In this document: positions 1 through 12,663 of the stretch, in pieces
How the letters are laid out: every line of letters starts with the position of its first letter
How positions within the stretch are numbered: the first letter of the stretch is position 1
From: Negaprion brevirostris
Lineage: Eukaryota
Direction: 5' to 3'
DNA length: 64,000 nucleotides
Assembly: GCA_030324005.1 (NCBI GenBank)
Contig: JARDVH010000110.1
Coordinates: 19,064,603 to 19,128,602 of the forward strand
Translations under genes and position numbers: made by a program
Notes under the pieces: generated by a model
What the model saw: the letters and a program-made list of their open reading frames with translations, nothing else
What the model was told of the DNA's origin: nothing
The model's database searches: none

Positions 1-279
1 CGATTTATTTGATAGTAAACTCACAAGCTTTCAAGGTTTACCTCTTCGTCAGGTGAATGAAGAGTTCTGGCCTCAGGCAGAGCATATAAAGCACAGACAG
101 TTTACAGATTACTGATCTGTAATCTGATTAGTAATCTGTAAACTGTCTGTGCTTTACATGCTCTGTCTGAGGCCAGAACTCTTCATTCACCTGACGAAAA
201 GGTAAACCTCAAAAGCTTGTGAGTTTACTATCAAATAAATCGGTTGGACTTAAACCTGGTGTCGTCAGATTTCTTACTA
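1..279. mobile_element. Inverted pair of Penelope-like terminal repeats (palindrome) with hammerhead-ribozyme core motifs
   Basis: Arms 1-113 and 130-242 are reverse complements (5 mismatches); CTGACGA...(G/A)AAAGCTT core; typical tail gttggact..aacctggtgt..t.agatttcttact. Confidence 0.75.
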
Positions 280-289
280 TAATTTTAAG

Positions 290-760
290 ACAGCTTTAAA
301 GTGGAGCTGCGACTAAGAAGATTCAATCTCTGTAAGAGAAATGAGTTTCCCCCCAACAATGCCCTGATAATCCAACTTCAGCATCTTGTCTCTTCACAAA
401 TGTATAGATGGTCTGTGACGTCTTGTATTTCTTAAGATAGATGGAGTGGGAGAGGCACACATACGTACAACCCCATTCTGCAGTGGAAGGACGGAATGGG
501 ATAAAGATAATTATAGATAACGTTGTGATCGGTAGTTTTGGAGAAATGCTTGAAGTAACGATTCAAGAATATAAGTTTCTAGAAGCTTTTCAACATTGGT
601 GCAACAATGATAGAGTGGTGTTAGGCATCAACCAAATGAAACTTCATGAACAAGAAATCCCTTTAATTGAGCACAGTCATGATCTAGCCCCAAAGTTACT
701 ATAGTTTTGGAGATGCCATTGCCAACTAATGTCAGATCCAGTGACTGCTTAGATTTACTC
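290..760 (+). mobile_element. Decayed Ty3/Gypsy pol (RT) fragment
   Basis: ORF 441-704 EGRNGIKIIIDNVVI...VVLGINQMKLHEQEIPLIEH resembles the RT xxDD region and the downstream LN..K...V.F.GH motif. Confidence 0.55.
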
Positions 761-770
761 TATCTTAACC

Positions 771-934
771 ATAGAACCTACAGTGCAGGAGACCATTTGG
801 CCCATGAGGTCTGCACCTAATCCCACCTAGGCCCTGTCCCCACAACCCCATGCATTTACCCTAGTTAGTCCCCCTGACACTAAGGGGCAATTCAGCAAGG
901 CCAATCCACCTAACCCACACATCTTTGGATTGTG
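771..934 (-). mobile_element. V-SINE (HE1-like) 3' fragment
   Basis: Reverse complement of ccaaagatgtgtgggttaggtggattggcc...ttctatg tail. Confidence 0.75.
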
Positions 935-1289
935 TATCTGAAAATGTTTCTGCTGCATCTGTCAGACAAAATGAAACCAGAGTCACCCTCAGGGAAGAAT
1001 CATGAGTTGGCAATGTAACTTTAAATAGTACTTATTCAGGCATACATGAGGACTGGCGACATACGAAGTGTTGATTACTGTACAGGAAACTGACCTAACA
1101 GTTGTAACATGAGTCATAAGTTCTCCATATAAGTGGACAGTGTTTAGTGTAGCACAGGGTGATCCAGGAGCAGAGTCCTTTGTGAGTGGAGTGTTAAGTT
1201 GGGAATTTAGTGCAGCAGGAGAAAGATGATTTTCATTCTTCTGCTTTATCTCCGGTAATTGGTGAGTACTTTGTCTCCAAGCCAAAAAA

Positions 1290-1960
1290 TTTTAATTAGT
1301 ATCTAGTTAACTAATCAAATAAACAAATGAGTCAACATGGCAGAGCTGTTATTAGGCACAGACTACAACTTATGGGAGTTTGTGGAATGCTCTGCAGTCC
1401 CAGGAAACCACATCTGTGGAAAGTGTCTGCAGCTTGAACTTTAGTTCAGAGTTACTGGGTTGGAATCTGAGCTGCACACATTACAGGCCATCAGGGAGGA
1501 GGAAGAGTTCCCTAGATATCTCATATTAGAAGCAGTCAGACGCTTGAGGTTAAGTAGCATTTGGTCAATGGTCAGAGATAGGAAGGTGTGACTGGGAGTC
1601 GGATCCAGCATATATTTGATGGCGGAGCCTCCACCTTTGGTTTGACCAACAGGTTTGGAGTAATTGCAACCATGTAAATGAGAGCAAACACTACAGAGTG
1701 ATGAGGAAACTGATAGTAGAGAAGACCATTCAATTCAAGTGAAAAGCAATGTGATAGTGACAATANNNNNNNNNNNNNNNNNNNNNNNNNNNNNNNNNNN
1801 NNNNNNNNNNNNNNNNNNNNNNNNNNNNNNNNNNNNNNNNNNNNNNNNNNNNNNNNNNNNNNNNNGACAATATAGTCAGGGGGAAATACTCCCCTCTGAA
1901 ACCACCACAGGGAAGTTTGAAGATTGTACTGCCTGACCTGTGTAAGGTATAGAGGTATCT
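1290..1960 (+). mobile_element. CR1 LINE ORF1 remnant (zinc finger/esterase), interrupted by a gap
   Basis: HICGKCLQL zinc-finger motif at ~1410; gacaatatagtcaggggg (DNIVRG, cf. GDSIVRG esterase motif); CLP-like tactgcctgacc. Confidence 0.6.
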
Positions 1961-2401
1961 CCTCCTGGCTGGAGACAAAGTTGGGAACCACTAATGACAG
2001 CCTAACTTCAAATAGAGCTATACAAAGATTATCTGCATTCAATAATCCAGGCTAGCCAGGAGAAAGGCCACCTGTTAAGGCAAAGGCCCCACAACTTCCT
2101 TTCGATTCCTAATATTTGAGACATTTAAGTATCTTTGGAATGCAGATGATGGATATTCATCCTTAGTCAAAGATGGAGGAGAGATGGGACTTACGTGACA
2201 TGGAATTCCGGCTTGTGGACAAAATAATGTCCTGCTAAACAGCGAATGTCCTGAAAAGCTCAGCATGCTGTTTACCATGTAACTATCTGCCTCATGTACA
2301 AGGGAATTCTATGGACCTATCTACACTGCTTCTGCTGGAAATTCTGGACCATCATGGACAATGTTGGTTCATTTCTGTATGTCTATTCCATTATGAAGAA
2401 A

Positions 2402-2656
2402 ACATCACCAGCACCAGGACACAAGTTCAATTCTGACCGTGGGTCACTGTTTGCATGGGTTTCCTCCAGGTGCTTCAGTTTCCTCCCAGAGTCCAAAGAT
2501 GTGCAGGTTAGGTGGATTGGCCATGCTAAATTGATCCTAGAGTCAGAAGATTAGCAGGACAAATGTGGGGTTACAGGAATAGAGCTTGGGTGGGATTGTG
2601 GTAGGTGCAAACTCGATGGACCAAATGACCTCTTTCTGTACTGTAGGGATTCTATA
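2402..2656 (+). mobile_element. V-SINE (HE1-like), internally deleted
   Basis: B-box-like gttcaattc, V core gggtttcctcc..gtgct..agtttcctccca, CR1-type tail. Confidence 0.75.
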
Positions 2657-2984
2657 AAAGTGAATTATGCAGCATCAATTTTCAGCCCACTGACCTCAAT
2701 GAAGGAACATCTCATTGCATTTTAACTCTAAACTCAAACTCATTTATTTTCTTTGTGGTCTCTATTGTAAAATCTCCTTNNNNNNNNNNNNNNNNNNNNN
2801 NNNNNNNNNNNNNNNNNNNNNNNNNNNNNNNNNNNNNNNNNNNNNNNNNNNNNNNNNNNNNNNNNNNNNNNNNNNNNNNATCTCATTGCATTTTAACTCT
2901 AAACTCAAACTCATTTATTTTCTTTGTGGTCTCTATTGTAAAATCTCCTTTTCTGTTATGGACAGGAAGGGTTGGTCAAGTTAA

Positions 2985-3145
2985 TCTCGTAAATTGAGTT
3001 TGTGTCTGTATATGCCGTTTGTGAACGCAATTCTTCAGTCACTTGAAGGAGCCTGAGACTCTGAAAGCTTGTGCTGCCAAATAAACTGTTGGACTTTAAC
3101 CTGTTGTTGCAAGACTTTTGTGCTTATGCCAGCATCTCCACATAG
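2985..3145 (+). mobile_element. Penelope-like terminal repeat remnant
   Basis: gaaggagcc...ctctgaaagcttgtg...aataaactgttggactttaacctg, same family as 180-279. Confidence 0.6.
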
Positions 3146-3484
3146 AAATCATAGAAACCCTACTGTACAGAAAGAGGCCATTCAGCCCATTGAGTCTGTA
3201 CTGACCACAATCCCACCCAGGCCCTACCCCATATGCCTACATATTTTATCCACTAATCCCTCTAACCTATACATCTCAGGATAGTAAGGAGCAACTTTAG
3301 TGTGGCCAATCAATCTAACACTCACATCTTTGGACTGTGGGAGGAAACTGGAGCAGCCGGAGAAAACCTACGCAGACACGAGAACATGTAAACTCCACAC
3401 AGACAGCGACCCAAGCCGGGAATCGAACCCAGGTCCTTGAGCTGTGAAGCAGCAGTGCTAACCACTGTGCTACCATGCTGCCCC
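3141..3484 (-). mobile_element. Near full-length V-SINE (HE1-like, tRNA-derived)
   Basis: Head ggggcagcatggtagcacagtggttagcactgctgc (A box), ggttcgattcc (B box), V core, (tttctatga) tail. Confidence 0.85.
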
Positions 3485-4659
3485 AAATGTCTTGGTCAAG
3501 TAAAACAGCCCTGATCTCTCCTCTCACTACCATTCCATAAACAAAGATGTTTTGCTCTTGATTTCCCCTTTATTAGCAGTGGCATTTTTGCCTCCAACCC
3601 CAGTTTTGGTGTGATCTAATTTATTTTGCCAACCTACAGCATAACCCAGAGGGTTAGTGTATTTGCACACAAAGCTGCACAGCCCTCTACACACTCATAC
3701 AATAAAATGAAGGACAGCAGAAGAATTAGAGGGTAAAGACCAAAGAAAAAAACTGTCTCACATGAGTCCAGAATCTAATGAGGTATTCCTTCAAAAGATT
3801 GACATGCTAAAAACTGATGATGGATAATTCACTTTACCATGGAAATGACTTCCACAATGGGACAGTAAAAGTGAATTAGTCTTGTAGGCAATGGTATGGA
3901 AGCTCCAGCAGAAACAGTGCAGATGGGACCAGGTATTCAAACTTGGATGCAGCCCATTTTCTGAGCTGCTGCTCAGTAGCTGGCAGCCTAATTGTCAGCC
4001 CAAGACAATATTACAGGTTCCAGCAGCTATGAAAGTCTTATCAATGACTCCCAACTCTCCACTTTAGCATGTCTATATTCCTTTTGTCTGGCTTCCTGAC
4101 ACCATTTATTCCAACCATTCAGAATTTTAAAGGAAGTTTGCAGGATTCTGCATCTTGACCGGCAATTTGGCTCAAGCTGTCCAGGCTTGGCTTTTAAAAA
4201 TGAAAATGATAATTCTCTCAAATTTGGTCACATCCACAAGGGTCGTTAACATCTGAGATAACAAGGCATTAGTTTCTATGACTGCCAAATAATTGTTTGA
4301 AGATTGCCATCAAACAGCTTCAGATTTTTAAAGCGATCATTGTCCACTTTTTAAAATTTTAGGAATTAGCCAGTATATGTTCCATAAAAACATGTAAATC
4401 TTAGTCCTGACATCTCTTGACTATTTCGAGTGTGGAGGTGACACAGCAACTTCTTTGTGCGTAAAATAAATTAACCCATCTTCAGTTTATTCTCTTTTGT
4501 TGTGACGTTATCAATAGAAAATTGTATCATAAAAAAACAAGGGGTGGGGAAATACCACCATCTTTGTTTATAAGCGATGGTGTAAGAATTAGTGCTACTT
4601 AATCTCTCAAAATGCATGTTGTGATCAGAATAAGGCACTTTTGCTATGATTGTATAGGA

Positions 4660-5130
4660 TTTTAGTGCGAATATACCTGGAAGTGTGTGCAACTTTGGTC
4701 TCCATATTTTAAGGAAGGATATTTTTTCACTGGAAGCAATACAGTAAAAGTTCCCAAAGTTGGTTCCTGGCTTGAGGGTTGTCCTATGATGAAAAACTGA
4801 ATAACTTGGACCTAAACTCTCTGGAGTTTAGCAGAATGAAAGGTGACCTCATTTGTGACATACATGATTTAAAAGGGGTTTGACATGTTAAAGACTGTGG
4901 CAGCGGAATCTAAAACACATGGACAATCTCAGAAGGGACTGACCTTTCGAACTGAGGTGAGCAGTTTCTTCAAAGGGTTGTGAATCTTTGTAATTAACTG
5001 CTCCAGAGGGCTGTGGCCTCATGGGGCATATTCGTAAAAATGAAGTTGAAACTCAAATTCGATCATAGTCATTGAATAATGGAGCAAGCTCAATAAGCTA
5101 TATTGTCTACTCCTGCTTGCATTTATGTAT
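4660..5130 (+). mobile_element. CR1 LINE 3' fragment
   Basis: Decayed CVQFWSP..RKD...LE motif and CR1 3'UTR. Confidence 0.6.
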
Positions 5131-5149
5131 TTAAGCTCAACTGACAAAT

Positions 5150-6060
5150 CACTCCACAATCTGGAGCAACATTGCAGGATGACCAGCTGCCTATATATCA
5201 CAGAACTGGCACCACAAGAGACAGAATACAGGTAAAGTACTTCTCGAGAGACCATGTTTGTCTGTGATAAACTTGATGCCTCTCCACAGCCAGAAGGTAG
5301 TATTATAAGGGATCACGACTCATTAGAATCAAGCATTTGAGCTCAGGCCATTAACCAATGCAGCTAAGAGACTTCAAAAGATGGTATTAAGATTCCAAAA
5401 ACATTGTCTAATGAGCTTCATATAATGGCCCATGCAGATATACTGAACAGATCATTAACAGCTGTGAACAAGAGGAAACTGATCATCACTAATCACTTCA
5501 CCTTGGTTGGAGACTTGCCCTGGAAACAACTTCCACCTTCCTACAATCTCCCAGGTCAGAAGCAAACATATGCTATTATTTGGCGGGGCTGCCCGCAATG
5601 AAGTTGGTGAATCTCCTATTCGATCCCCACTTTGAATTTCAAGATGAAGTAACTGTCAATGGGGAATTGATAGCAAGGGCAGCAACCCATTGTAAGCTGC
5701 ATTACATAACAAGTGATTTCAACAGCCCATTCCTACACACAACAGCAGAAACGTAGAGCCCTTTAGTGGACTTGGATATCAGAGCTTAAACAATACTTTG
5801 CAAAATGAGATTTCTGTTTGGCTCATCACAGTTCATTAACGAACCATTGCTATAAGAGATTGTAGCTGAGTCTTAGACAGCATGTGGAACGATCCCTCAA
5901 GTTTCATGGACATACTCTGCCTCTGTGACTATTACAGTAACTATATCAAAGTAGCTGGTCTCACTTCAGTTATTGTATGAGAATACTTTGGGCAATATTT
6001 ACAAGATTTGGAGTAGCAACTCAAAGACACTGGTGTACTCATCAGGATGAAGCAACTTCA
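5150..6060 (+). mobile_element. Decayed Ty3/Gypsy pol (integrase) fragment
   Basis: Frameshifted pieces QDEVTVNGELI, HNKVISTAHS, CDYYSNYIKV and IFTRFGV are typical Gypsy integrase motifs. Confidence 0.6.
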
Positions 6061-6419
6061 CTATTACTGAGAAGAAATGAAACCGCTTCAAGCATCATAG
6101 CTTGGAGATCAAGAAAATGCTGGAAAATCTCAGCAGGTCTGGCAGCATCTATAAGGAGAGAAAAGAGCTGACATTAAGTCCTTACAGTTGCTGCCAGACT
6201 CGATTTTCCGGCATTTTCTCTTTTGGTTTCAGATTCCAGCATCTGCAGTAATTCAGTAATTCACAGTAAGCAAAAGCATAATAATGCAATAAATGTATCA
6301 AATGCCTTAACTTCTTTTNNNNNNNNNNNNNNNNNNNNNNNNNNNNNNNNNNNNNNNNNNNNNNNNNNNNNNNNNNNNNNNNNNNNNNNNNNNNNNNNNN
6401 NNNNNNNNNNNNNNNNNNC

Positions 6420-7145
6420 AGCGACTTGCAGAAACAAGTAGTAGATGAAACACAATGCAGAGAAGCTTGATGTGATTCATTTGGTAGAAAGAATATGGAA
6501 AGACAGTAAAAAAGAAAAACTCAGGTGCAAGAACAGAGGTATCTCAATGTGTATGTCTTTAGAAGACAGAAGACTGAAGATTGGGCATGTTGAGAACATG
6601 GGCGTTGAGTAGAAGAGGTAAGGAGGTCACACTGAACTTTAAGACACTAGTTGTGCCCCATCTGGAGTACTGTACCCAGTTCTGGGTGACAAAATTGAGG
6701 AAAGCCGTGAAGCTATTGGATGAAGTAGGGGAGATTCACGAGTGATTCCAGGGATAAAGAATTGTATTTGAGGATAAATTGGAGGGGTTGGGACTGTTTT
6801 TCTTAGGGAAAAGGAGGCTGGGGTGTGATTTGATGAGAGGGGTATGGATAGGGTAGATAGTGAGAAACTATTTCCACTCAAGCAGCAACAACTAGAGGGC
6901 ACAGATTCAAAATAATTGGCAAAAGGAGCAAAAATGTGATGGGGAAAGATTTTTTTCCACCTAGAGAATGATTGAAGTTTGAAACAAAATTTGAGGGTGA
7001 TGGAGGCAGTTCAATAAAGGCAAAGGAAATTGAATTGCTATCTAGAAAAGCTACAGGGATAAGGTGGGGGAAGAATGGGACTAGGCAAAAAACTGAGTGA
7101 GCTAGCATGAACCCAATGAGCTGAATAGCCTCTGCACTGTAAAGA
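6420..7145 (+). mobile_element. CR1 LINE 3' fragment
   Basis: Decayed HFG, LV.PHLEYC.QFW and TRGH motifs. Confidence 0.6.
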
Positions 7146-8077
7146 TTGCAATTTCCAATTGCGCCCTACCCATCACACACTGCTCTTAACGACTCACTAC
7201 CTTCAAACATTGCAAGGATATTGGTAGGTTCCAATCACTGACCACTTTCCACTGACTTCATTTTATTGCATGAACACAGAGGCTGTGCTTATTTGAGAAT
7301 AGAGATTGCCACATTTCATTGAACTCAAATGAATAAAAAAATTAAAATCTTTCAAACATTAAAAAATCTTTCATGGGATGTGAGCACTGCTGCCAAACCA
7401 ACATTTGCGGCCTATCCTTAATAGGCCTTGAAGATGATGATCACTGTTCTCAAACCCACAGTGATGTTAGGTATAAAATTTTATACTTACACAGTCAAAA
7501 CTTCATGCATTACCATAATAGTTTGAGATGCTTGGAAGTTTTGTTTGAAACACCTGAATTGGGAGAAAGAAACTTCGTAGATAAATGAGCTGGGCATTAT
7601 CCACAATCAGCAATTCTGGGAAAAGAATACTTTTCTTATTTCACGCTTTATATTCATGTTATGCTCATATGGTTGAGCTGTGCTCAATAAACCCGAACCG
7701 AGTTCCCCACTTTTGCACATAAAGGCATATGCACTGTTGCAACTTCAGTCTGCCTTTGTATTTGAAATAGTTCCATGGTTAAACCGTTCAGCACCCTCCT
7801 GCAGACATACAGAATGGAATGTACAACATCCCTTTTGTTACAAATCTTTTCCATAGTAAACAGTTTCTAAGTCATCAACTGTGGAAGTCAGAATCAAAAA
7901 TAAACTTGCTTGTGCCCCAATACAGATAAAAGCAGGGTTTGGCCAATTGGAATTTGACCTGACTGAAATGAGAAGTTAAGCTGTAGCAGTAACAAATTCA
8001 GAAGTTCAGCAAAAGATTGACAGCTGAGAATTTTTGTGAATAAGCTCAGTCACAACACTCTGTCACAGTAGGAAAAA

Positions 8078-8374
8078 CGGTGGCACAGTGGTTAGCACTG
8101 TTGGCTCACAGCACCAGAGACCCAAGTTAAATACACACCTTGGGTGACAGTGCAAACTCCACACATTCTCCTCATGTCTGCATGGGTTTCCTCCGGATGC
8201 TCCAGTTTCCTTTCATAGTCCAGAGATATGCGGGTTAGGCAGATTGGCCACGCCAAAGAAAATTGTCCCTTAGCATCACAGGAATTAACAGGGTAAATAG
8301 GTGGGTATATTGTTGTCGGTGCAGACTCAATGGGCTGAATGGCTTCCTTCCGTATTGTAGGAGATTCTGTGAAT
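8078..8374 (+). mobile_element. V-SINE (HE1-like)
   Basis: cggtggcacagtggttagcactg head, V core, tail. Confidence 0.8.
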
Positions 8375-8529
8375 CTAGTTTGAGCACAAAGGTTAACAAT
8401 GTAACTTCAAAAATTAGCTAGTAAGAAAAACCTATATTATGTACATGATCATTTTTCTTTCAATAAGTAAATGATTTCACTTAATTCTCAAAAGACAGAG
8501 AAACTCATGTGATCATAGAAACCTGGAGC

Positions 8530-8535
8530 TTTATT
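8530..8535 (-). terminator. Probable polyadenylation signal AATAAA
   Basis: Plus-strand tttatt; downstream on minus is gtttctctgtcttttg (GU/U-rich downstream element). Confidence 0.6.
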
Positions 8536-9264
8536 TGAACGTAAAATGTTACAAAACTATTCGCTTCTACTCAAGAACAAAACATAACAGCAGTTTTTGC
8601 ACATTACTGCCTCTTGATTAAAGCTGCAGTGTTTCACACAATCTCTTTAAACACACTTGGCTGCATATACTGTATTCTGTTCAGAAGAGACACCTTCATT
8701 CGCAAACTTAATCCCCTGGAAGCATTTATTACTCCACACCCATGCAGGATATACTTGCCAAGAAAGCACAACTTCCAGTAGTCACAAATGTGTACAGTAA
8801 CTAACAAACATTTGCCCACATTGCAGTTCATCCACATCTAAAATAGGTACCAACATTAAAACATACCAGGCAAAAAACTTAAAATTGGTGATATCTGCGA
8901 AAGAAAATAACCTACAATGAACAAGGTGCACTCACTTCAGTGACGGGATTATCAGCACATTATGCCAATAGAATTTTGGTCCAACAGTAATCTTCAGTTA
9001 CAAATATGGTTATTAAAAACTATTTACAGCAGAATCTGTTTATATGCAGTAAGTTGGGTCAGAGTTGCTCACAATCACTTGTACATAAGGCTAAGGTAAG
9101 TAGAGGATCAATTGGGCCACAATGGGGAATTTTTGGGGAACTTGTCAGAGCTTCCACACAAGTGAATTGCTCAATACATTACAAAAACAGTATGTTTAAA
9201 TGGTGAGTACCAAAATGGGCAGCTAACAAAAAAATTATGCGTTCACCTGTAAGCAGTTCCTGAA

Positions 9265-9268
9265 AGAG

Positions 9269-9314
<46 letters not shown>
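9265..9314. repeat. (GA)4(GT)~21 microsatellite in the MATR3 3'UTR
   Basis: Direct reading. Confidence 0.97.
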
Positions 9315-9318
<4 letters not shown>

Positions 9319-10780
9319 GTTAACTACTACAAGCTGATTTGTACAGCTGCATAAAAGAACAACAATGTACAGGAAGGCAAAGGTAACCTCAGGTTACTCA
9401 AGACAAACCAACAAAATATTTAAATACACAATTAATATTCTGCAATATTATTCCTATTTGTCATGTTGATAGAGATAAATTCTAAGTAACTAAAACATCA
9501 AACTATAGTATTAATGAAAAATGTCGCAAGCTGCAGAAATTTAAACTAATTTTATTAATATAAAAATCTTATCATTTTCATATTTTCTCATCTATCCAGC
9601 ATTTTTCTTAATCATAACACTAGCAGATTTCCCCGTAAGTATGAAAAGCTCAATTTACGCTGGCTACTTATGATTTAAAATTTAGGATGTGTACATGCAA
9701 TGGAAATATTCAAGAAATTGTTTTAATAACTTTAAATTTTGTCAGGTTAACTTGCACTTTTCTGGAATAGTTGAAGAAAAGGCCAACTGGTTAGTTGGAC
9801 AATACGTTCTATAATTAATCAGTGCAACACAAATTGAGGCACTGCAAGAACAAGACAAACAAAATTATTCATTCATCTTAGCAAATTTCTACTGCTTTTA
9901 TTTTTAAAATTGACTTCTCATTATAAGGCAGTAGTGCTATTTATATGCAGAGCTGTGGTACAATTAAAAAAAAAGTCAATATTTGCTGAAAACCAAACCA
10001 TGGCTGCTCAATTCCCCTTTCCTCACAAATGAATGACAAGCAGGTCAATAAAGGTAGAATGAATATTTGACCATCACTTTTACCAGATACTAGCTGATAC
10101 TTAAAAAAAGAGTACTATATGTACTCAGCATAGCCCAGTCCATTAATCCGCACTTTTATCAAATTGCTTATCCATTAATTTTGTGTCCTTACATCAACAT
10201 TTTACAAGCCTCCCTTCCACTTACCACCCTGATGTAGTGTAAGGTTCAATAAGGGCACAGTCATACTGCAAAATTGAACAAGTGAACACTGTCAGTCATC
10301 TAGAAATTTCAATTATAATGATTCTCTAGCAAGAGTCCTTTTAAAAAGAAACTAGAGAATCTGTAATGGAACATGAAGATTAAACTTTTACCAAATCTTT
10401 TCAACTTTTAATACAATTGACTTTCAAAGTTTTTAATAAAAATAGCTTCACTGCAAAATATTTTTGCAATAAACAAAGGTATGTTTTGGACCAATGAATT
10501 TTTCCCCATAAGAGCCGCAGCAACAACTGATACTTTTGACGTGACCAGAGAGATCAATGCTCCTCGACATGCAATACTTCCCCAACTCCCCAAGAAACAT
10601 TTTCTGTTCAACAACTGCTGGAAAAATGTGATTACTGCTGACCTTCCATTCATGCATGTTTGCACAATGCAATACTAAGACATCCCTAAACATTGTTAGA
10701 AGGACAAAATAAAAATTACGATGTTAGCAAACTATAAGAATGATCAGCTAGTGGGTTAGATGTTACGAACACTGGAATCT

Positions 10781-10870
10781 TCACTGGTTATGTTGCTCTT
10801 CAATCTGAACCTCAGGATTTTCTTCAGTTTTAATTTTACGATATTCTTCAGCTTGTTTGTCCAACATTTT
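10781..10870 (-). CDS. MATR3: Matrin-3 terminal coding exon (KMLDKQAEEYRKIKTEENPEVQIEEQHNQ*)
   Basis: Acceptor ttttattttaaag; cf. human KFLNKLAEERRQK; TGA at 10781-10783. Confidence 0.92.
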   Translation of the reverse strand, partial: KMLDKQAEEYRKIKTEENPEVQIEEQHNQ

Positions 10871-12085
10871 CTTTAAAATAAAAAGAAAATTATTGCAGCA
10901 ACATAGTGTATGGTGCAAGAAAGAACTGACTTTTGGCAGATATGTTCCAGATCCTGAAATGTTTTAAAGGATCTGTTACCATTGGGAGATTTGAATGTTG
11001 GTCATTTTAGAATGTTGGAAATTGTCTCATTTGCAGTGATGCAACTTGTTACAACTGTCAAAATGTTGAGCAGTTATCAGAGTGGATTTTTGATAGTGTA
11101 TTGGCCTAAAGCCTCAAGCCTCCTCATAAGATGCAAACTCACACTACGAAGATGTTTTTTTAGCTTTGTCGTTACAGAACATTAACTAAGCAGGGAAAAG
11201 TCTTTAGCAAGAGTTAATAATTGTCATAATGACACATTAACACAGCAAGGTGAAGGTGTGCATTCTCTATGTCCTTTTCATTGTTCTATATGAAATAACT
11301 GGAGAAAGCCATTTCAGGATTAGTCATGTATTCTCTAGCACGATAGCTATGCTTTTGATTAATCCCAAAAGCACAAATGAAGCTTGATAGTGGTGTACCC
11401 AGTCAGGGCATGATTTTGTCACCTCCATCAAAACCATGTATTTCTAGTCCACAGTGCTTGAGAAGTACTACTGGCATCATGTGATGAGGATAAGAGGGGA
11501 AACAACAAACTGTCTTAAAGTTGCAGTTTGCTTACCCACCTTGTCAAAGGTTGAAAATTCTGTAAAATATACAGGTGTGATGAAGAATATACAAGATAAT
11601 TCTAAGAGATTAATGTGCCTAAACCTACAAGTAGTATCAAAGAATACTACAACTTCCAGTTGTAACCGTGACTTGAACAAGGATCTAAAAATATGGACAA
11701 AGCCAGAAATGCATTCATCCAACATGTTATACACCCAATTTAATCTTTCTGCAATAATACACAAGGGCAAAAAAGGTTACTGCAGACAAAACTATGGAGA
11801 AATAGATCAAAACTGTTTTTGAAACTCATGCAAGTATCTGACTAACAATGGAAGGGAATTTGCCAAGAGTTCAGAGGTGTGTGAGAGGTAAGGTCTCGGA
11901 TACTGCAGCTAAATATTCTTCCACAATGGACTTTGTGATCAATGATATTAATTTTAGCTGACCAGCTAGCCTGCAAGTTGACATCACCCTGGTGAAGGCA
12001 GTTGGTGCAAAACATCCCTTCTAGATGGCTGAAGAATATAGACCACATTAGATGATAAAAAGGCAATTTCCAATGGAGAATGTAA

Positions 12086-12338
12086 AAGTTTATTTACTAG
12101 TGTCACAAGTAGGCTTATATTAACACTGCAATTAAGTTACTGTGAAAATGCCCCAGTCACCACACTCTGGTGCTTGTTTGGGTACACCAAGGAAGAATTT
12201 AGCACCTAACCAGCACATCTTTTATTCTGTGGGAGGAAACCGGAGGAAGCTCGTGCAGACTCTACATAGACAGTGACCCAAGCCTGGAATCGAACCCAGG
12301 TCTCTGGCGCTGTGAGGCAGCTAACCACTTGCCACCCG
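12086..12338 (-). mobile_element. V-SINE variant with alternative 3' tail
   Basis: Head/V core plus tail cacagtaactt.attgcagtgttaat.taagcctacttgtgacacta.taaataaact. Confidence 0.7.
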
Positions 12339-12663
12339 AAGAATTTATGGCCACAGTTTCTGAATAAGGGCTCAGCCATTTGGACTTGTATGAAGGGATA
12401 TTACAGCATCCAAAGGACTGTGAATCTTTTGACCTCTACACCCTGATGTGGATGCTCAGTCAGACAGAAATAGACAGATATTTGGGTACTAAGGAAATCT
12501 GAAGTAGACCAGCCATGGTCTTACTGAATGGCAATGGAGACTTAGAGGGTTAAATGGTGTATTCTACTTCTTATTTGTGTGGAAACAAATCAAAACATTA
12601 TAAAGTAGCACACAAAGCATATAAGTTTAAATTACAAAACTCAAGGAGATGCCAGAAGCTTAC

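Larger units (their letters stand above)
8510..10780 (-). other. MATR3: MATR3 3'UTR (~2.3 kb, free of recognisable transposons)
   Basis: AT-rich unique sequence after the stop; AATAAA at 8530-8535 followed by a GU/U-rich tract; other AATAAA at 9551 and 8725. Confidence 0.7.

Noticed and set aside
2709-2950. Apparent 71-bp direct repeat
   Set aside because: Identical copies abut a 100-N gap: overlapping contig ends, an assembly artefact
3400-3484. tRNA-like A/B boxes (also in other SINE heads)
   Set aside because: Heads of tRNA-derived V-SINEs, not tRNA genes
11454-11822. 122-aa and 97-aa ORFs in the last intron
   Set aside because: No recognisable domain or exon structure; likely decayed repeat
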